Assembly: GCA_965212015.1 (NCBI GenBank)
Contig: OZ243037.1
Coordinates: 320,001 to 384,000, forward strand
DNA: 64,000 nt
From: Cenarchaeum sp.
GTDB taxonomy: Archaea > Thermoproteota > Nitrososphaeria > Nitrososphaerales > Nitrosopumilaceae
Direction of reading: 5' to 3'
The position numbers and the translations under genes are program-made. This document shows, one piece after another, positions 28,084 through 37,929 of the stretch (position 1 is the stretch's first letter; every line of letters begins with the position of its first letter). The notes under the pieces were generated by a model. It had not been told where the DNA came from. It saw nothing but the letters and a program-made list of their open reading frames with translations, and made no database searches.

Positions 28084-28926
28084 TTATTGCACGCACCGCA
28101 GGAACTCGTCTAGCCTGTGGCCGATGCCGTCCTGGACCCCCTGCGGGATTTTTTTGGGATCAAAGACGCCCTCCTTTGTCCTGTTTTTGACGAACTCTAG
28201 ATCAAACGTGCATAGTATCCCCTCCTCGCCTGAGACTAGCCGCGTATCGTCTATTGGCACGTTGGTAGTCTGGTACGTCTCCAAAAGAAAGCTGTCCAGC
28301 TCGTCAAACAGGCCGGCCTTTTTTTTGGACATTTCCCTGAAATCAACGTCGGTACCCTCCTCGATCTCGCCGTGGATTTTTTCCCGCAGTTTGTCGTCCT
28401 TGTACAGGATTTCAAACAGATCCTGGTGGCCCAGATCCGCATATCCTGCCTCCCTTAGCCTGCCTTCGACTAGATCCTCGCCCATGTCCGAGACGGATTT
28501 CTGCGAGTCCTTTGTCTTGTCTATTAGCGCGGCTAGCTCCTTTTGGCGCTCGACTACGCGATAGTCGGGCTTGTAGTATAACAATACGTGAAACTGTATG
28601 GACATGTGTCCTGCCAGGATGTAATTGCCCTCCATTACCTCGAATTTTGTAAAGATCCTGCGAAGATCGTCATTGTTCGTCGTAGAGACGTCCTGAATGG
28701 TCCAGCCGTCGAGTCTTTTTACCACGGCCCGGTAAAAATCCGCCACCAGCATGGGATCAAACGTGGTCTGCTCTGTAATCGTGCTGTCGCCCAGCATGAC
28801 TTTGGCCTTTACCGTCCTGGTGGCTGCGGCAAGCTGCCTCTGATACGCCCTTTGAATCTCGCCGTTTTTGGAGTTTAGCTTTGTGATAAAGTCGTTTGGG
28901 GACCGGCTGCCAAGGCGCACGTGCAC
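28084..28926 (-). CDS. Conserved hypothetical protein
   Basis: 280-aa ORF with host-like codon usage. Confidence 0.75.
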   Translation of the reverse strand: MHVRLGSRSPNDFITKLNSKNGEIQRAYQRQLAAATRTVKAKVMLGDSTITEQTTFDPMLVADFYRAVVKRLDGWTIQDVSTTNNDDLRRIFTKFEVMEGNYILAGHMSIQFHVLLYYKPDYRVVERQKELAALIDKTKDSQKSVSDMGEDLVEGRLREAGYADLGHQDLFEILYKDDKLREKIHGEIEEGTDVDFREMSKKKAGLFDELDSFLLETYQTTNVPIDDTRLVSGEEGILCTFDLEFVKNRTKEGVFDPKKIPQGVQDGIGHRLDEFLRCVQ

Positions 28927-29001
28927 GGTTTTTGCCCCGCTACCCTTAAACCTTCCATAGCAGCTTTTATTTTAAATAGAAAAACACACAAGCGTATTGT
29001 A

Positions 29002-29118
29002 TTGGAGAAAATCACCTGCCACGACTGCGGCGTCGAGATTGTCGAGTACCGTCATGACGGGTATGGGGGGAATCGGGGCAGATGCCCCAAGTGCAAGACG
29101 GACTTTCCGCTGGAGTGA
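29002..29118 (+). CDS. Micro Zn-ribbon protein (38 aa)
   Basis: TTG start; CHDC...CPKC...FPLE. Confidence 0.65.
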   Translation: MEKITCHDCGVEIVEYRHDGYGGNRGRCPKCKTDFPLE

Positions 29119-29190
29119 GCTGAGCTGAGTCGGGATTCCGGGGATGGGGGCGCAGAGAAGGTCCGGGAGGACGAGTCTAGCACGCCGATT

Positions 29191-29931
29191 GTGGACATGC
29201 TTCTTGGCAAGGAGGATGCAAAGTTCATAGACACCGACACCCTGATTACAAACATCCAGAAGAGGGTCTGGGGATCGCTAAAGCGCGGTTACGAGTATTC
29301 CGGAGCAGTAGAAGAGTCCGACGAGTTTCTTCGCTCCCACATATTCTCAAGGGTAGAGATGGCAGTGCTGTATGTGGATTTGGTCGGCTCTACAAACATG
29401 ACACTAGAGCTGCCCGAGGAAAAGATTGCCATCATAATCAGCTCGTTTGCCCAAGAGATGGCATACGTCATCAGGCAGTACGGCGGATACGTCCTAAAGT
29501 TTGTCGGCGACGCAGTTATCGGGTTTTTCATAGGCAGCGGGAATTCGCTAAAGGCTGCAGACAATGTGATCCTGTGCGCGCAGTCCATGATCACTGCGAT
29601 AAACAGGGGGATAAACCCCATCCTGAACCAGTACGACTATCCTGACTTGAAGGTCAAAATCGGCATTGATTACGGCGAGGCACTGCCGGTGCGGTACGGC
29701 GCCGACAAAAAGCAGGCCCCAGTAGATCTGCTAGGGCCGGTAATGAACATTGCGGCAAAAATCCAGTCGCTTGCAAAGCCCAACCAGGTCCTGATCGGAG
29801 TTGACGTGTTCAACAGGCTGCATCCGGACGGCCAAAAGACGTTTCGCGAGATCAGCTGGAAGGACGACGAGTGGAAGTACCGTTCAAGAACGACGGGCAA
29901 GATTTACCAGGTCTTCGAGCACGTCGGCTAG
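29191..29931 (+). CDS. Class III adenylate/guanylate cyclase
   Basis: LYVDLVGST, KFVGDAV, KIGIDYG, DLLGPVMNIAAKI. Confidence 0.92.
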   Translation: MDMLLGKEDAKFIDTDTLITNIQKRVWGSLKRGYEYSGAVEESDEFLRSHIFSRVEMAVLYVDLVGSTNMTLELPEEKIAIIISSFAQEMAYVIRQYGGYVLKFVGDAVIGFFIGSGNSLKAADNVILCAQSMITAINRGINPILNQYDYPDLKVKIGIDYGEALPVRYGADKKQAPVDLLGPVMNIAAKIQSLAKPNQVLIGVDVFNRLHPDGQKTFREISWKDDEWKYRSRTTGKIYQVFEHVG

Positions 29932-30077
29932 ATTGAAAACCTGCCGGGGCATTCGACGTGTTCATAGTGGTGCTCTGTGAACTTTTCGTTGACGATATAG
30001 ATTACGATTTTGTGCAGATCCGAGCTTGATATGGCCCTCTTGCACCGCATGCAGTATTTTTCGCCTTTTTCCGACAT
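29928..30077 (-). CDS. Micro Zn-finger protein (49 aa), absent from the ORF track
   Basis: Manual translation MSEKGEKYCMRCKRAISSSDLHKIVIYIVNEKFTEHHYEHVECPGRFSI*; CxxC...HxxC. Confidence 0.7.
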   Translation of the reverse strand: MSEKGEKYCMRCKRAISSSDLHKIVIYIVNEKFTEHHYEHVECPGRFSI

Positions 30078-30210
30078 TTTCGTATCTGCGATCTAAATGT
30101 ACCATTCTATAAGGATCAGCGATCAGCTCAAATTGAGCAAAAATCACCACACATTCACCATTTTACCTCTAGGCACAAAGACAAGGCAAAAATATGCCTA
30201 AAAATGCCAC

Positions 30211-30597
30211 ATGGTGTTGAATGACTCGCTACTATACCGCTTGCGGGAGCTTTACGGCCTGAATCCCAATGCCACCCCGCTGGCGCTGCAGTTTCCGCGC
30301 CTGCCTCCGGGCCTCATCTCGCCGATGGCCGGATCTGCCCCCAGGCAGCGGTTCAAATCCAGAGTCGACAAGCTGGGTCCCCGACTGGAGGATTTCAAAG
30401 ACGCGTACCAGAGACACGCCTCCGGCCTGGTTAACCTCGAATCGCACTCTATGATTCTGCCCGGACACCCGCTGCACTCTGGGCAAAACTCCATCGATGC
30501 GCTCAATGCAGAAAACAACAAGTTAAAAAAAGAAAACTTTGATCTGAAAAAGCAGCTGGACCGAACGGCCGGCGAAAAAACAAGACACGGCCCGTAG
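30211..30597 (+). CDS. Hypothetical protein with C-terminal coiled coil
   Basis: LNAENNKLKKENFDLKKQLD. Confidence 0.6.
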   Translation: MVLNDSLLYRLRELYGLNPNATPLALQFPRLPPGLISPMAGSAPRQRFKSRVDKLGPRLEDFKDAYQRHASGLVNLESHSMILPGHPLHSGQNSIDALNAENNKLKKENFDLKKQLDRTAGEKTRHGP

Positions 30598-30640
30598 GAG
30601 ATTTGCAGAATCCTTAATAGCTTGAATTTCAACCCTACCC

Positions 30641-31027
30641 ATGGTCAAAACCCCGTCCCAAAAATGGAACGCCAGGATAGCAAAATACAAGGACCAGAGC
30701 AGAAAAATCACCGGCGTCTCAAAATCGATCCGCTATGCCGGAGTCATCAACGAGTTTGGCCGCACCCTGGCAGGCACCCTCCGCCCCGGCGTAAGGCCCA
30801 TGCTGAATTCCGAGCAGGTCAAAAACGAGCTGTTCATCATCTCCACCCTGGTGACGCTGAGAAAAAACCCGGCCGGTGCAATCGGCACCCTTGACTATAT
30901 GGTGCTGAGGCACAAAAAGATCACCATCGTGGCCCTGCAAAAAAAACAAATGACATACTATGTGTCCGTCGACGGCAAGGAAAAGCATCTGACCGGGATC
31001 ATCCGGGGCATTAAAAAATCAATCTAG
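30641..31027 (+). CDS. Thaumarchaeal roadblock/profilin-like protein (DUF6659-like)
   Basis: IRYAGVINEFGRTLAGTLRPG. Confidence 0.7.
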   Translation: MVKTPSQKWNARIAKYKDQSRKITGVSKSIRYAGVINEFGRTLAGTLRPGVRPMLNSEQVKNELFIISTLVTLRKNPAGAIGTLDYMVLRHKKITIVALQKKQMTYYVSVDGKEKHLTGIIRGIKKSI

Positions 31028-31437
31028 GCCGGCGTAAAGCCGTGATAGCCGCCAGTCTGCTGCGACTTGTCTGTAAAGTCCGGCTCAAACAGGGAGACGA
31101 GATAGCCGTCGGGATCCGAGACGATGGCGTTTTTTCCGGCCTCCCTGTCCACGCTGTCCCGAAATATCTTTACACCCTTTGATTTTAACTCCTCCAGGGA
31201 CGACTTTAAATCCCCGACTAGAAAGCCGATCGTGATTCCGTTGTCAATTGAGCTTCCCACGTGCTCGGCGGTAAGCGATGCCGGATGCAGGCTCAGCAGC
31301 GCCCCGGTGGTTCCAAGATCTATCCACGACCTTCTCTGGTTCTTTATTGGAAGCCCGATGATCTCGTGATAGAAATAAAGCGACTTGTCTAGATCCTTTA
31401 CCGCCAGAATCACATTGCCCACCTTTTTGATTTGCAT
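31024..31437 (-). CDS. VOC/glyoxalase-family protein
   Basis: VKDLDKSLYFYHEIIGL...SDPDGYLVSL. Confidence 0.9.
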   Translation of the reverse strand: MQIKKVGNVILAVKDLDKSLYFYHEIIGLPIKNQRRSWIDLGTTGALLSLHPASLTAEHVGSSIDNGITIGFLVGDLKSSLEELKSKGVKIFRDSVDREAGKNAIVSDPDGYLVSLFEPDFTDKSQQTGGYHGFTPA

Positions 31438-31534
31438 ACAGGCACTGGCCGCTTGGCCGTTAAAATCTTTATCCTTTTGGGCGCAAATCCGCCGCGGCTG
31501 CGCGATACTGGGGGCCGGGCAAAACTGCGAAATC

Positions 31535-31753
31535 CTACTGGATCTCGACCATGGTCTCGGTCCTCTCTACGCCGCTGATCCTCTGGATCTCGACTGTGAC
31601 GTCCTTTATCTGGGATAGCTCATCCACCTCGATTATCGCCACTGCGTCAAACTGGCCGCTGACTGGAAACGAGTCATAGACGGACTTTATCCGCCTCAGC
31701 CTGGCTGCGATCAGCTTTTTGGGCGACTTTACTAGCGTCACTGCCCTCACCAT
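31535..31753 (-). CDS. Lrp/AsnC ligand-binding-domain protein
   Basis: VSGQFDAVAIIE...IQRISGVERTET. Confidence 0.85.
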   Translation of the reverse strand: MVRAVTLVKSPKKLIAARLRRIKSVYDSFPVSGQFDAVAIIEVDELSQIKDVTVEIQRISGVERTETMVEIQ

Positions 31754-31986
31754 CCTAGATTTACCTCCACCTCGATTAGCGTCTCTGTAGTTACGATCTC
31801 TTTGATTTTTTTGAACTCAATGACGGTGCCGTTTATCTCGTCCATAGAATCCTGCAAAATCACGCAAATGTCGGCCCTGCCTGTGACTACCATCAGGTCC
31901 CTGTTTATCCTTCTTTTCTTTTTTAATATTCGGACTACGGCATCCACCTGTCCGGGCTTGACGGTAATCAGGCACAGCGCTCTCAT
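31747..31986 (-). CDS. Lrp/AsnC ligand-binding-domain protein
   Basis: MRALCLITVKPG...VTGRADICVIL...IVTTET. Confidence 0.82.
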   Translation of the reverse strand: MRALCLITVKPGQVDAVVRILKKKRRINRDLMVVTGRADICVILQDSMDEINGTVIEFKKIKEIVTTETLIEVEVNLGW

Positions 31987-32026
31987 GCTAATACATGGGC
32001 GGCAAACCGAATAAAGATTTCCATGC

Positions 32027-32233
32027 CTAGTCAAAGGCTTCCTGCGAGCGTGCCTCCTCGAGATATGCGCGCCTCTCCTCGTTTATTTTTTCATGATCGA
32101 CTTCTAGGCTGTCGTCCACTATAACAATGTCCGAGTCATAAATCGAGTCTTTTTTTGGCTTTTTTTTGGCCTTTGGTTTTGATGGTTTTTTTGTGGTTTT
32201 AGCCGTCTTGGCCGGTTTTTTTTTAATCACCAA
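32027..32233 (-). CDS. Small hypothetical protein, Lys-rich N-terminus and acidic C-terminus
   Basis: 68-aa ORF co-oriented with the Lrp pair. Confidence 0.6.
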   Translation of the reverse strand: MVIKKKPAKTAKTTKKPSKPKAKKKPKKDSIYDSDIVIVDDSLEVDHEKINEERRAYLEEARSQEAFD

Positions 32234-32709
32234 TATCGGAAAAATAAAAGTACTGCATGTAATTAAACATTGTGTAGCATTTGTAGACGTGGCAAGCTCA
32301 AGACAAATTGATCCAAACAGATCTGATTCTGCCCGGCCAAGGGCCTTTGGCAGTTACGGACTGCCGGCCAATCCCGCACGCCGGTATCTGCCGCAGGCTC
32401 GGCTGCATTTTGAAATTCAAGAGGGGTTTATCTGAAAACGCCAGGCTAGTGCAATACGCACAATGGCCGGCAAAAACGCCTGCCACGCGGCGTCCGGGCA
32501 GGTACGGAATCGGCAATCCTGGCCCTGCGATCTTGATTGCCTGCCCTTTGGCCTGCCGGCATTTCACTTTCCTGGCACACCGGTCCGAAGGGCATGCGTT
32601 TGCGGCAAAGTCCGGATGTTTGGAATTACAGAAAATCGGCACGTCGTGCCTGCCAGAGGATTTAATCTAACGATATGTGACGGATAATAAAATAGAAAGT
32701 GTTTTTCGT

Positions 32710-33039
32710 CTAGCCTCTGCCCTGTGCTGCGTATTTGCCGCTTTTGCCTCTGAGGAACAGTGCTCCTGCTATGCCTCCAAAGACAGCTCCTGCGATTGCA
32801 GATGCGCCAAGTACTCCGTCTGCACCAAGAATTGGTGTGCCTGATCCAGACGAGGGGTTTGCTTCGGCTGCGTCGATTCGTCTTCTTGCAAGTTCGAGTG
32901 TTTCTTCTAGTGTGTTTTGGCCGGTTTCCCCTGCGCCACCGACATTTCCCAAGTATTGTGCATAGGCAAATCCAATAAAGCCCAGACTGCCAAGGCCAAT
33001 CATGGCAAACAAACCTGCTAATAGTATTGATCTAATCAT
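32710..33039 (-). CDS. Small membrane protein upstream of the amo cluster
   Basis: Signal peptide plus C-terminal TM helix; TATA-like sequence upstream and T-rich terminator; codon usage like the amo genes. Confidence 0.8.
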   Translation of the reverse strand: MIRSILLAGLFAMIGLGSLGFIGFAYAQYLGNVGGAGETGQNTLEETLELARRRIDAAEANPSSGSGTPILGADGVLGASAIAGAVFGGIAGALFLRGKSGKYAAQGRG

Positions 33040-33202
33040 ATCGTTTACCTGCTCAATTGAAACCTGTATAGTTATTTAACTTTTATTCTCTAAAAGGCGG
33101 TTTTTTGGCCATATTTTGAATCCTGACCGGTGTTTTTTCATACGGGGCGCGATCTGCGCCTAACAGAAATATATATATCGTACAGGATTAGTTGGTTTAA
33201 TC

Positions 33203-33472
33203 ATGATTCCCATATTGGGCACATTCCTAAGTATTTTGTCCTCACTCACAGGACAATTGGGACCAAACTATGACCCGTTATTCTACGATGTCATGATCTA
33301 CATCTTTGGCACCATAATGTTTACAGTATTCCTTCTCGGAATCATTGCATTCTGGCTGCGAGTCCACGGATGGGGATACAAGGACAATCGTGAAAGATGG
33401 ATTGATGAGCTTGACAGACACTTTGAGAGAGAAGGCATCGGTCTAATTCCAGACAACGGCAAGTATTGGTAA
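33203..33472 (+). CDS. Small single-TM protein near the amo cluster
   Basis: TM helix VMIYIFGTIMFTVFLLGIIAFWL; strong TATA aaatatatatat at about 33167; T-rich terminator. Confidence 0.8.
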   Translation: MIPILGTFLSILSSLTGQLGPNYDPLFYDVMIYIFGTIMFTVFLLGIIAFWLRVHGWGYKDNRERWIDELDRHFEREGIGLIPDNGKYW

Positions 33473-33685
33473 ATTTCTCTTTTTTCATCATTTTTTTCTA
33501 GACTGGCCATTGGCAGTTACCTGCCGCACGACGGTTTTTGAGTGCAGGCCAGAGTCTGCGCCCGTGAGTGCTCTGAGCCAGCCTTTGGATGCTGCCGACT
33601 CGGGCACCGCTTTCTGGCACCGTACAATGGTGCGATTGCCGTATTGCGGAGGGATGTAAAGTCCGATGCCGGACCAGTCTTCGCT

Positions 33686-34198
33686 CTATGGAAGAAAGTC
33701 GGTGTCCTTTGAGTCGTCGTATGACTTTGAGGTAAACTCTGCAACATAGTGGCTTCCGTCAACTAGCGGCGCCCTTATGAAATCAGCGGACACCTGTCCG
33801 TCGACTGTGATCTTTGATTTGGATTCCTGCATGTCCCTTAACGGAAAGTCCCACCCCCAGAGAAAGTGGCCGATCTCAAACGGGTATCGCTCCTCCCACT
33901 TTGCGTGGATTGTGCCGTCATCAGTCAGGGTAAAGATGCTTCTCTGGCATCCGTCCTTGAACCCAATGTTTGCCGGGATGTCGGCCTTGTGGCCGTCCAC
34001 GATTACCTCCAGAGTCGCCTGTATCTCGTACGGCGTATGCCTGTCATTGATGCACACCTTGAGGGGATTGTCAATGTTGGCCCATTGCTGCAAAAGGGTG
34101 CTTGCGGCGGCCACCGAGATTCCAATCGCAGCCGTGATTATCAGAAATTTTAGGGTCTTTTTCCTTTTTCTTGGATCCCCCATTCCAGGCCAGAACAT
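33686..34198 (-). CDS. Membrane-anchored hypothetical protein next to amoB
   Basis: N-terminal TM helix, then a soluble domain with two Cys and GTIH. Confidence 0.75.
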   Translation of the reverse strand: MFWPGMGDPRKRKKTLKFLIITAAIGISVAAASTLLQQWANIDNPLKVCINDRHTPYEIQATLEVIVDGHKADIPANIGFKDGCQRSIFTLTDDGTIHAKWEERYPFEIGHFLWGWDFPLRDMQESKSKITVDGQVSADFIRAPLVDGSHYVAEFTSKSYDDSKDTDFLP

Positions 34199-34403
34199 GC
34201 ATTGATTTATTCCGAATTCCTTAAAGTCGTTTCTATGCCCCCCGGCCCAAGAGTCCTGGCTGCGCCAGACAGTGCGGGCCTGAATGCCTCCTGTCCTGGG
34301 ACGTGCGAGCCGCCGGCAGCACCGTTTGCCATGGGACGCGGGCCGGCTGGCATGCGCAGAACAGACGGTGCGGCATACAAATAAAATGAAAAGGAAAAGG
34401 GGG

Positions 34404-34973
34404 TTAGATTACTTGCCAGGGTCTGGTTGCGAATGTGATAACATAGCCAACACCGATTATGATTGACTGGTATGCGATGTTTGTGTATGGTATCTCTTTT
34501 AGTATGTATTCGCCATCGACTACAACTGTCTGTCCCGGTCCTAGACCTGGGCCTACTCCTGCAACATTAAGCTGGGTGTGTACATGATATACTCCCGGCT
34601 CTAGTGCTTTGGCACAGATTTGGTATGGGACTACGGAGTTTCCTGGAAGATCAAAGACGTTTCCTGGTGGGTCTCTAGTCAGAATCTCCCATCTGTTTCC
34701 AGCATTGGTGGATTCCGAAAAGATCGAGTTCCATGCTCGCAGATCCCTTTCTAGCAAACTGACAAACTTGCCATTAATGCAAAGGTTTTCACCAGTTTGT
34801 AGTGACTGCCTGTTGAAGAACTCGTCTTCAATGTTCACGAAACGACTTTGTAATTGTGCTTGTACACCGTGTGCTTCTGCAGCAGGCAATACGGACTCTA
34901 TCCAATTAAAGCCCATAGTTCCTAACGTAAGAATCACGCCGAGTCCAATTACTAGTATTTTTTTATCTCTCAT
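34404..34973 (-). CDS. amoB: Archaeal ammonia monooxygenase subunit B
   Basis: AEAHGVQAQLQSRFV, YHVHTQLNV, TFATRPWQVI. Confidence 0.98.
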   Translation of the reverse strand: MRDKKILVIGLGVILTLGTMGFNWIESVLPAAEAHGVQAQLQSRFVNIEDEFFNRQSLQTGENLCINGKFVSLLERDLRAWNSIFSESTNAGNRWEILTRDPPGNVFDLPGNSVVPYQICAKALEPGVYHVHTQLNVAGVGPGLGPGQTVVVDGEYILKEIPYTNIAYQSIIIGVGYVITFATRPWQVI

Positions 34974-35055
34974 AGTTATCCCGTTATGATCAAAATGAAA
35001 ACATGGAACGTTATATATTTTGCTTTAATTCCCTATCGTGCCGTCTGACGGCTGT

Positions 35056-35082
35056 TGATTAACATCGATGATTAACATCGAT
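35056..35082. promoter_or_regulatory. Tandem 13-bp direct repeat GATTAACATCGAT in the divergent amoB/amoC promoter region
   Basis: Copies at 35057-35069 and 35070-35082, between the TATA-like elements of amoB (about 35010-35020) and amoC (about 35203-35210). Confidence 0.45.
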
Positions 35083-35232
35083 ATTACTAAAATAAATATT
35101 GTAATTTTTATGATATTTTGTGGTAATATCGAGGATTTTTTCTGGAATTTATGATTAAATTACAAGGAAATTCATCAAAAATGGCATGCTTTGCGCCCTT
35201 ACTTTATATGCCAAACAATGAGTAAGGTTGTC

Positions 35233-35796
35233 ATGGCACAAATGCCGGCATTAATCCCAAAAGAAGTTGAGATACAGAGATTGAAAAAGATCTGGCTCAT
35301 CGTCATTGCTATGGGTTCAACTGCTGCATCAGTCGAAGTCGACAACTTCGTTGATGGTTCTTTGCACCAGACATCTATCAGGGACAGTGCATTCACACCA
35401 GCACACTGGTGGCTATACTCCCACTTTGTGGCTCTGCCACTAGGATGGGGTTCAGTCGCAATCTATGATAGACGAGTACCTATTCTCAGAGGTCCAAACA
35501 ATTCGATGAACACTGGACTCAAGATGACCATTCTTGGTTACCTTGCAACAATGTTCACGATTGGAGTAAACGAGATGTGGCACTTTTGGTTTGTAGAGGA
35601 GATATTTGCAGTACCGAACCACTGGATGTTCAATATGGGAGTCGTTGTGGCCTTTATGGGCGCTCTAGCCTATGTGGTCAGAGTATATGCACGACTAGTT
35701 GAACTTGGTGCAGAAACACCAGGTGAAAACCCGTATGTTGCTGAAATGTACAAGATGGCCCTAGAAGGCAAACTGTACAGCAGATCAATCCCATAG
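35233..35796 (+). CDS. amoC: Archaeal ammonia monooxygenase subunit C
   Basis: MAQMPALIPKEVEIQR, DGSLHQTSIRDSAFTPAHW, NEMWHFWFVEE. Confidence 0.98.
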   Translation: MAQMPALIPKEVEIQRLKKIWLIVIAMGSTAASVEVDNFVDGSLHQTSIRDSAFTPAHWWLYSHFVALPLGWGSVAIYDRRVPILRGPNNSMNTGLKMTILGYLATMFTIGVNEMWHFWFVEEIFAVPNHWMFNMGVVVAFMGALAYVVRVYARLVELGAETPGENPYVAEMYKMALEGKLYSRSIP

Positions 35797-36619
35797 ACAA
35801 AACTGTGCGCAAGCACTTGTCTTTTTTTTATTTCGAGTTTTTTACCAGTCCCCGCATTATAGAATCGGAGGGCAGGCCCGTGGCCGTCCTGCCGCACACG
35901 GGTCCCCCATACACCAGGACACGTTTGTCAAACGTTCCGCAGGCAGCGGGGATTCCACGGATGCCCGATTGGCGGTGTTTTTCTGTCACGGCCTTTGCCG
36001 GGTGCCGGCATGGCGTCTTTGGGTTTTTGACGGATTATACCGGCCGGCAGGATCTGTCTGATGGCGCCTGGTTGTGGGGCAGACACATGCCGGCAACCCA
36101 AGCCGGGCCCGCAGGTCTGGCCAAGTTTCAGCTCGGGTGCCGGCAGCCGGTTCTCTGGGTTTGTGGCAGAATAGGTTTTTTCATCAGTGCCGTTTTTTGC
36201 CCGTAATTCCAGCTATGGGAAAAGCCCCATCCGAAAACGGCATTGGCTGGGGCGTAAAACCCGGCATGGGGATCCGGCGGCATTCGAGCTGTTTTTTTTT
36301 GCGTACAATCTGGCGCCTGCACATCTGTATTGCCGCCAGGCAGAATGCCCGGATTTGGCAGGCCCACAATCATGCCATCCAGAGGCCGACATGCCCTGGT
36401 GCCGTCACAACTGATGCCGTGCCGAATCAATGCCCGATCGCCGCCAATCCGGGTTTTGCCATTACGAATCCCCCTCTTCCACGGCAGGCCCATATGGGGT
36501 CCTGCCGCAACAAACTAGGCACGGGCATTTTGATGGCGACTTGTGCCTGAAGGGGGCATATGCCGATCTAACAGCCTGCTAAGAAAGACTTTAATATATT
36601 CGCCATCGTATAAACGCAA

Positions 36620-36982
36620 ATGACTCTTCCAAAAGGATTTGGATCGGGCGGTGCCGGTGGAGCAGGTGCAGCTGATGTTGAAAAAATGATCGGCCGTCGT
36701 GTGGAAAACATGACTGGCATAATCACGATTTCATACATTGCAGCATGGCTGGCCACTTTTGGCGGTACTGCAGCAGGATACTTCTATTATCCGTGGGCAT
36801 ATCCAACCCCAAGCGGTCACTATGCCTTTATCGTCTTGACCATAGTCGAGGCAATTGGATACCTCTTTTGCGTCAAAGTCTCAGAAGAGGGATCTACAAA
36901 AAAGAGCAATGGCATAATCGGTGCAACCCTAGGCGGTACGGCAATAGGTACCATCATAATCGCACTATACGTGGGCAACTAG
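36620..36982 (+). CDS. amoX: AmoX membrane protein
   Basis: MTLPKGFG...YFYYPWAYPTPSGHY; position directly upstream of amoA. Confidence 0.93.
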   Translation: MTLPKGFGSGGAGGAGAADVEKMIGRRVENMTGIITISYIAAWLATFGGTAAGYFYYPWAYPTPSGHYAFIVLTIVEAIGYLFCVKVSEEGSTKKSNGIIGATLGGTAIGTIIIALYVGN

Positions 36983-37162
36983 CATAATTCCGCTCATTTT
37001 TCTATTTTTCAACCTAAAACCCCATATGCGATCATTTCAGGCACGGCCGTATCCTGCGATCAAGGGCGAATTTCACGCTATTGGCGTCTTTCTGGCAGGA
37101 CAGGCAACGCGTCATTCTAGACATATAAAATTTTATATACCGACCCTATTCTCTACTGAATA

Positions 37163-37813
37163 ATGGTCTGGCTTAGACGATGTACTCACTACTTGTTCAT
37201 TATAGTAGTAGCAGTAAATTCGACCCTGTTGACAATTAACGCGGGAGACTATATCTTCTATACTGACTGGGCCTGGACATCATATACGGTATTTTCAATA
37301 TCGCAGACGTTGATGCTTGTTGTAGGTGCAACATACTACCTGACATTTACGGGTGTTCCAGGAACCGCAACGTATTACGCGTTGATTATGACAGTGTATA
37401 CGTGGGTGGCCAAAGGTGCATGGTTTGCACTGGGTTATCCATACGACTTCATTGTAACGCCAGTATGGCTTCCATCAGCAATGCTGTTGGACTTGGCATA
37501 TTGGGCCACAAAGAGAAACAAGCATTCGCTGATTCTGTTTGGTGGCGTGTTAGTTGGAATGTCATTACCACTGTTCAACATGGTCAACTTGATAACGGTA
37601 GCAGACCCACTAGAAACGGCGTTCAAATATCCGAGACCGACACTACCGCCATACATGACGCCGATTGAACCGCAGGTAGGCAAGTTCTACAACAGCCCGG
37701 TAGCACTGGGTGCGGGAGCTGGCGCAGTTTTGTCAGTGACAATGGCAGCGTTAGGTGTAAAGCTCAACACGTGGACGTACAGATGGATGGCCGCCTGGTC
37801 AAAGTGGGACTAA
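37163..37813 (+). CDS. amoA: Archaeal ammonia monooxygenase subunit A
   Basis: MVWLRRCTHYLF...NAGDYIFYTDWAWTS...WTYRWMAAWSKWD. Confidence 0.99.
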   Translation: MVWLRRCTHYLFIIVVAVNSTLLTINAGDYIFYTDWAWTSYTVFSISQTLMLVVGATYYLTFTGVPGTATYYALIMTVYTWVAKGAWFALGYPYDFIVTPVWLPSAMLLDLAYWATKRNKHSLILFGGVLVGMSLPLFNMVNLITVADPLETAFKYPRPTLPPYMTPIEPQVGKFYNSPVALGAGAGAVLSVTMAALGVKLNTWTYRWMAAWSKWD

Positions 37814-37929
37814 AACCAAAAACCCCTTTTTTCATTTTATTATCTGTTCCCTAGTGTTTTCTAGTCACGATTTTTCAACAAAAAAAAATCATAGCTGGAT
37901 CAATTTTTTTTGATCCTTGCGCTCATGAG

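Noticed and set aside
35805-36550. Several 60-160 aa ORFs between amoC and amoX
   Set aside because: They overlap each other on both strands, have atypical composition and show no motifs.
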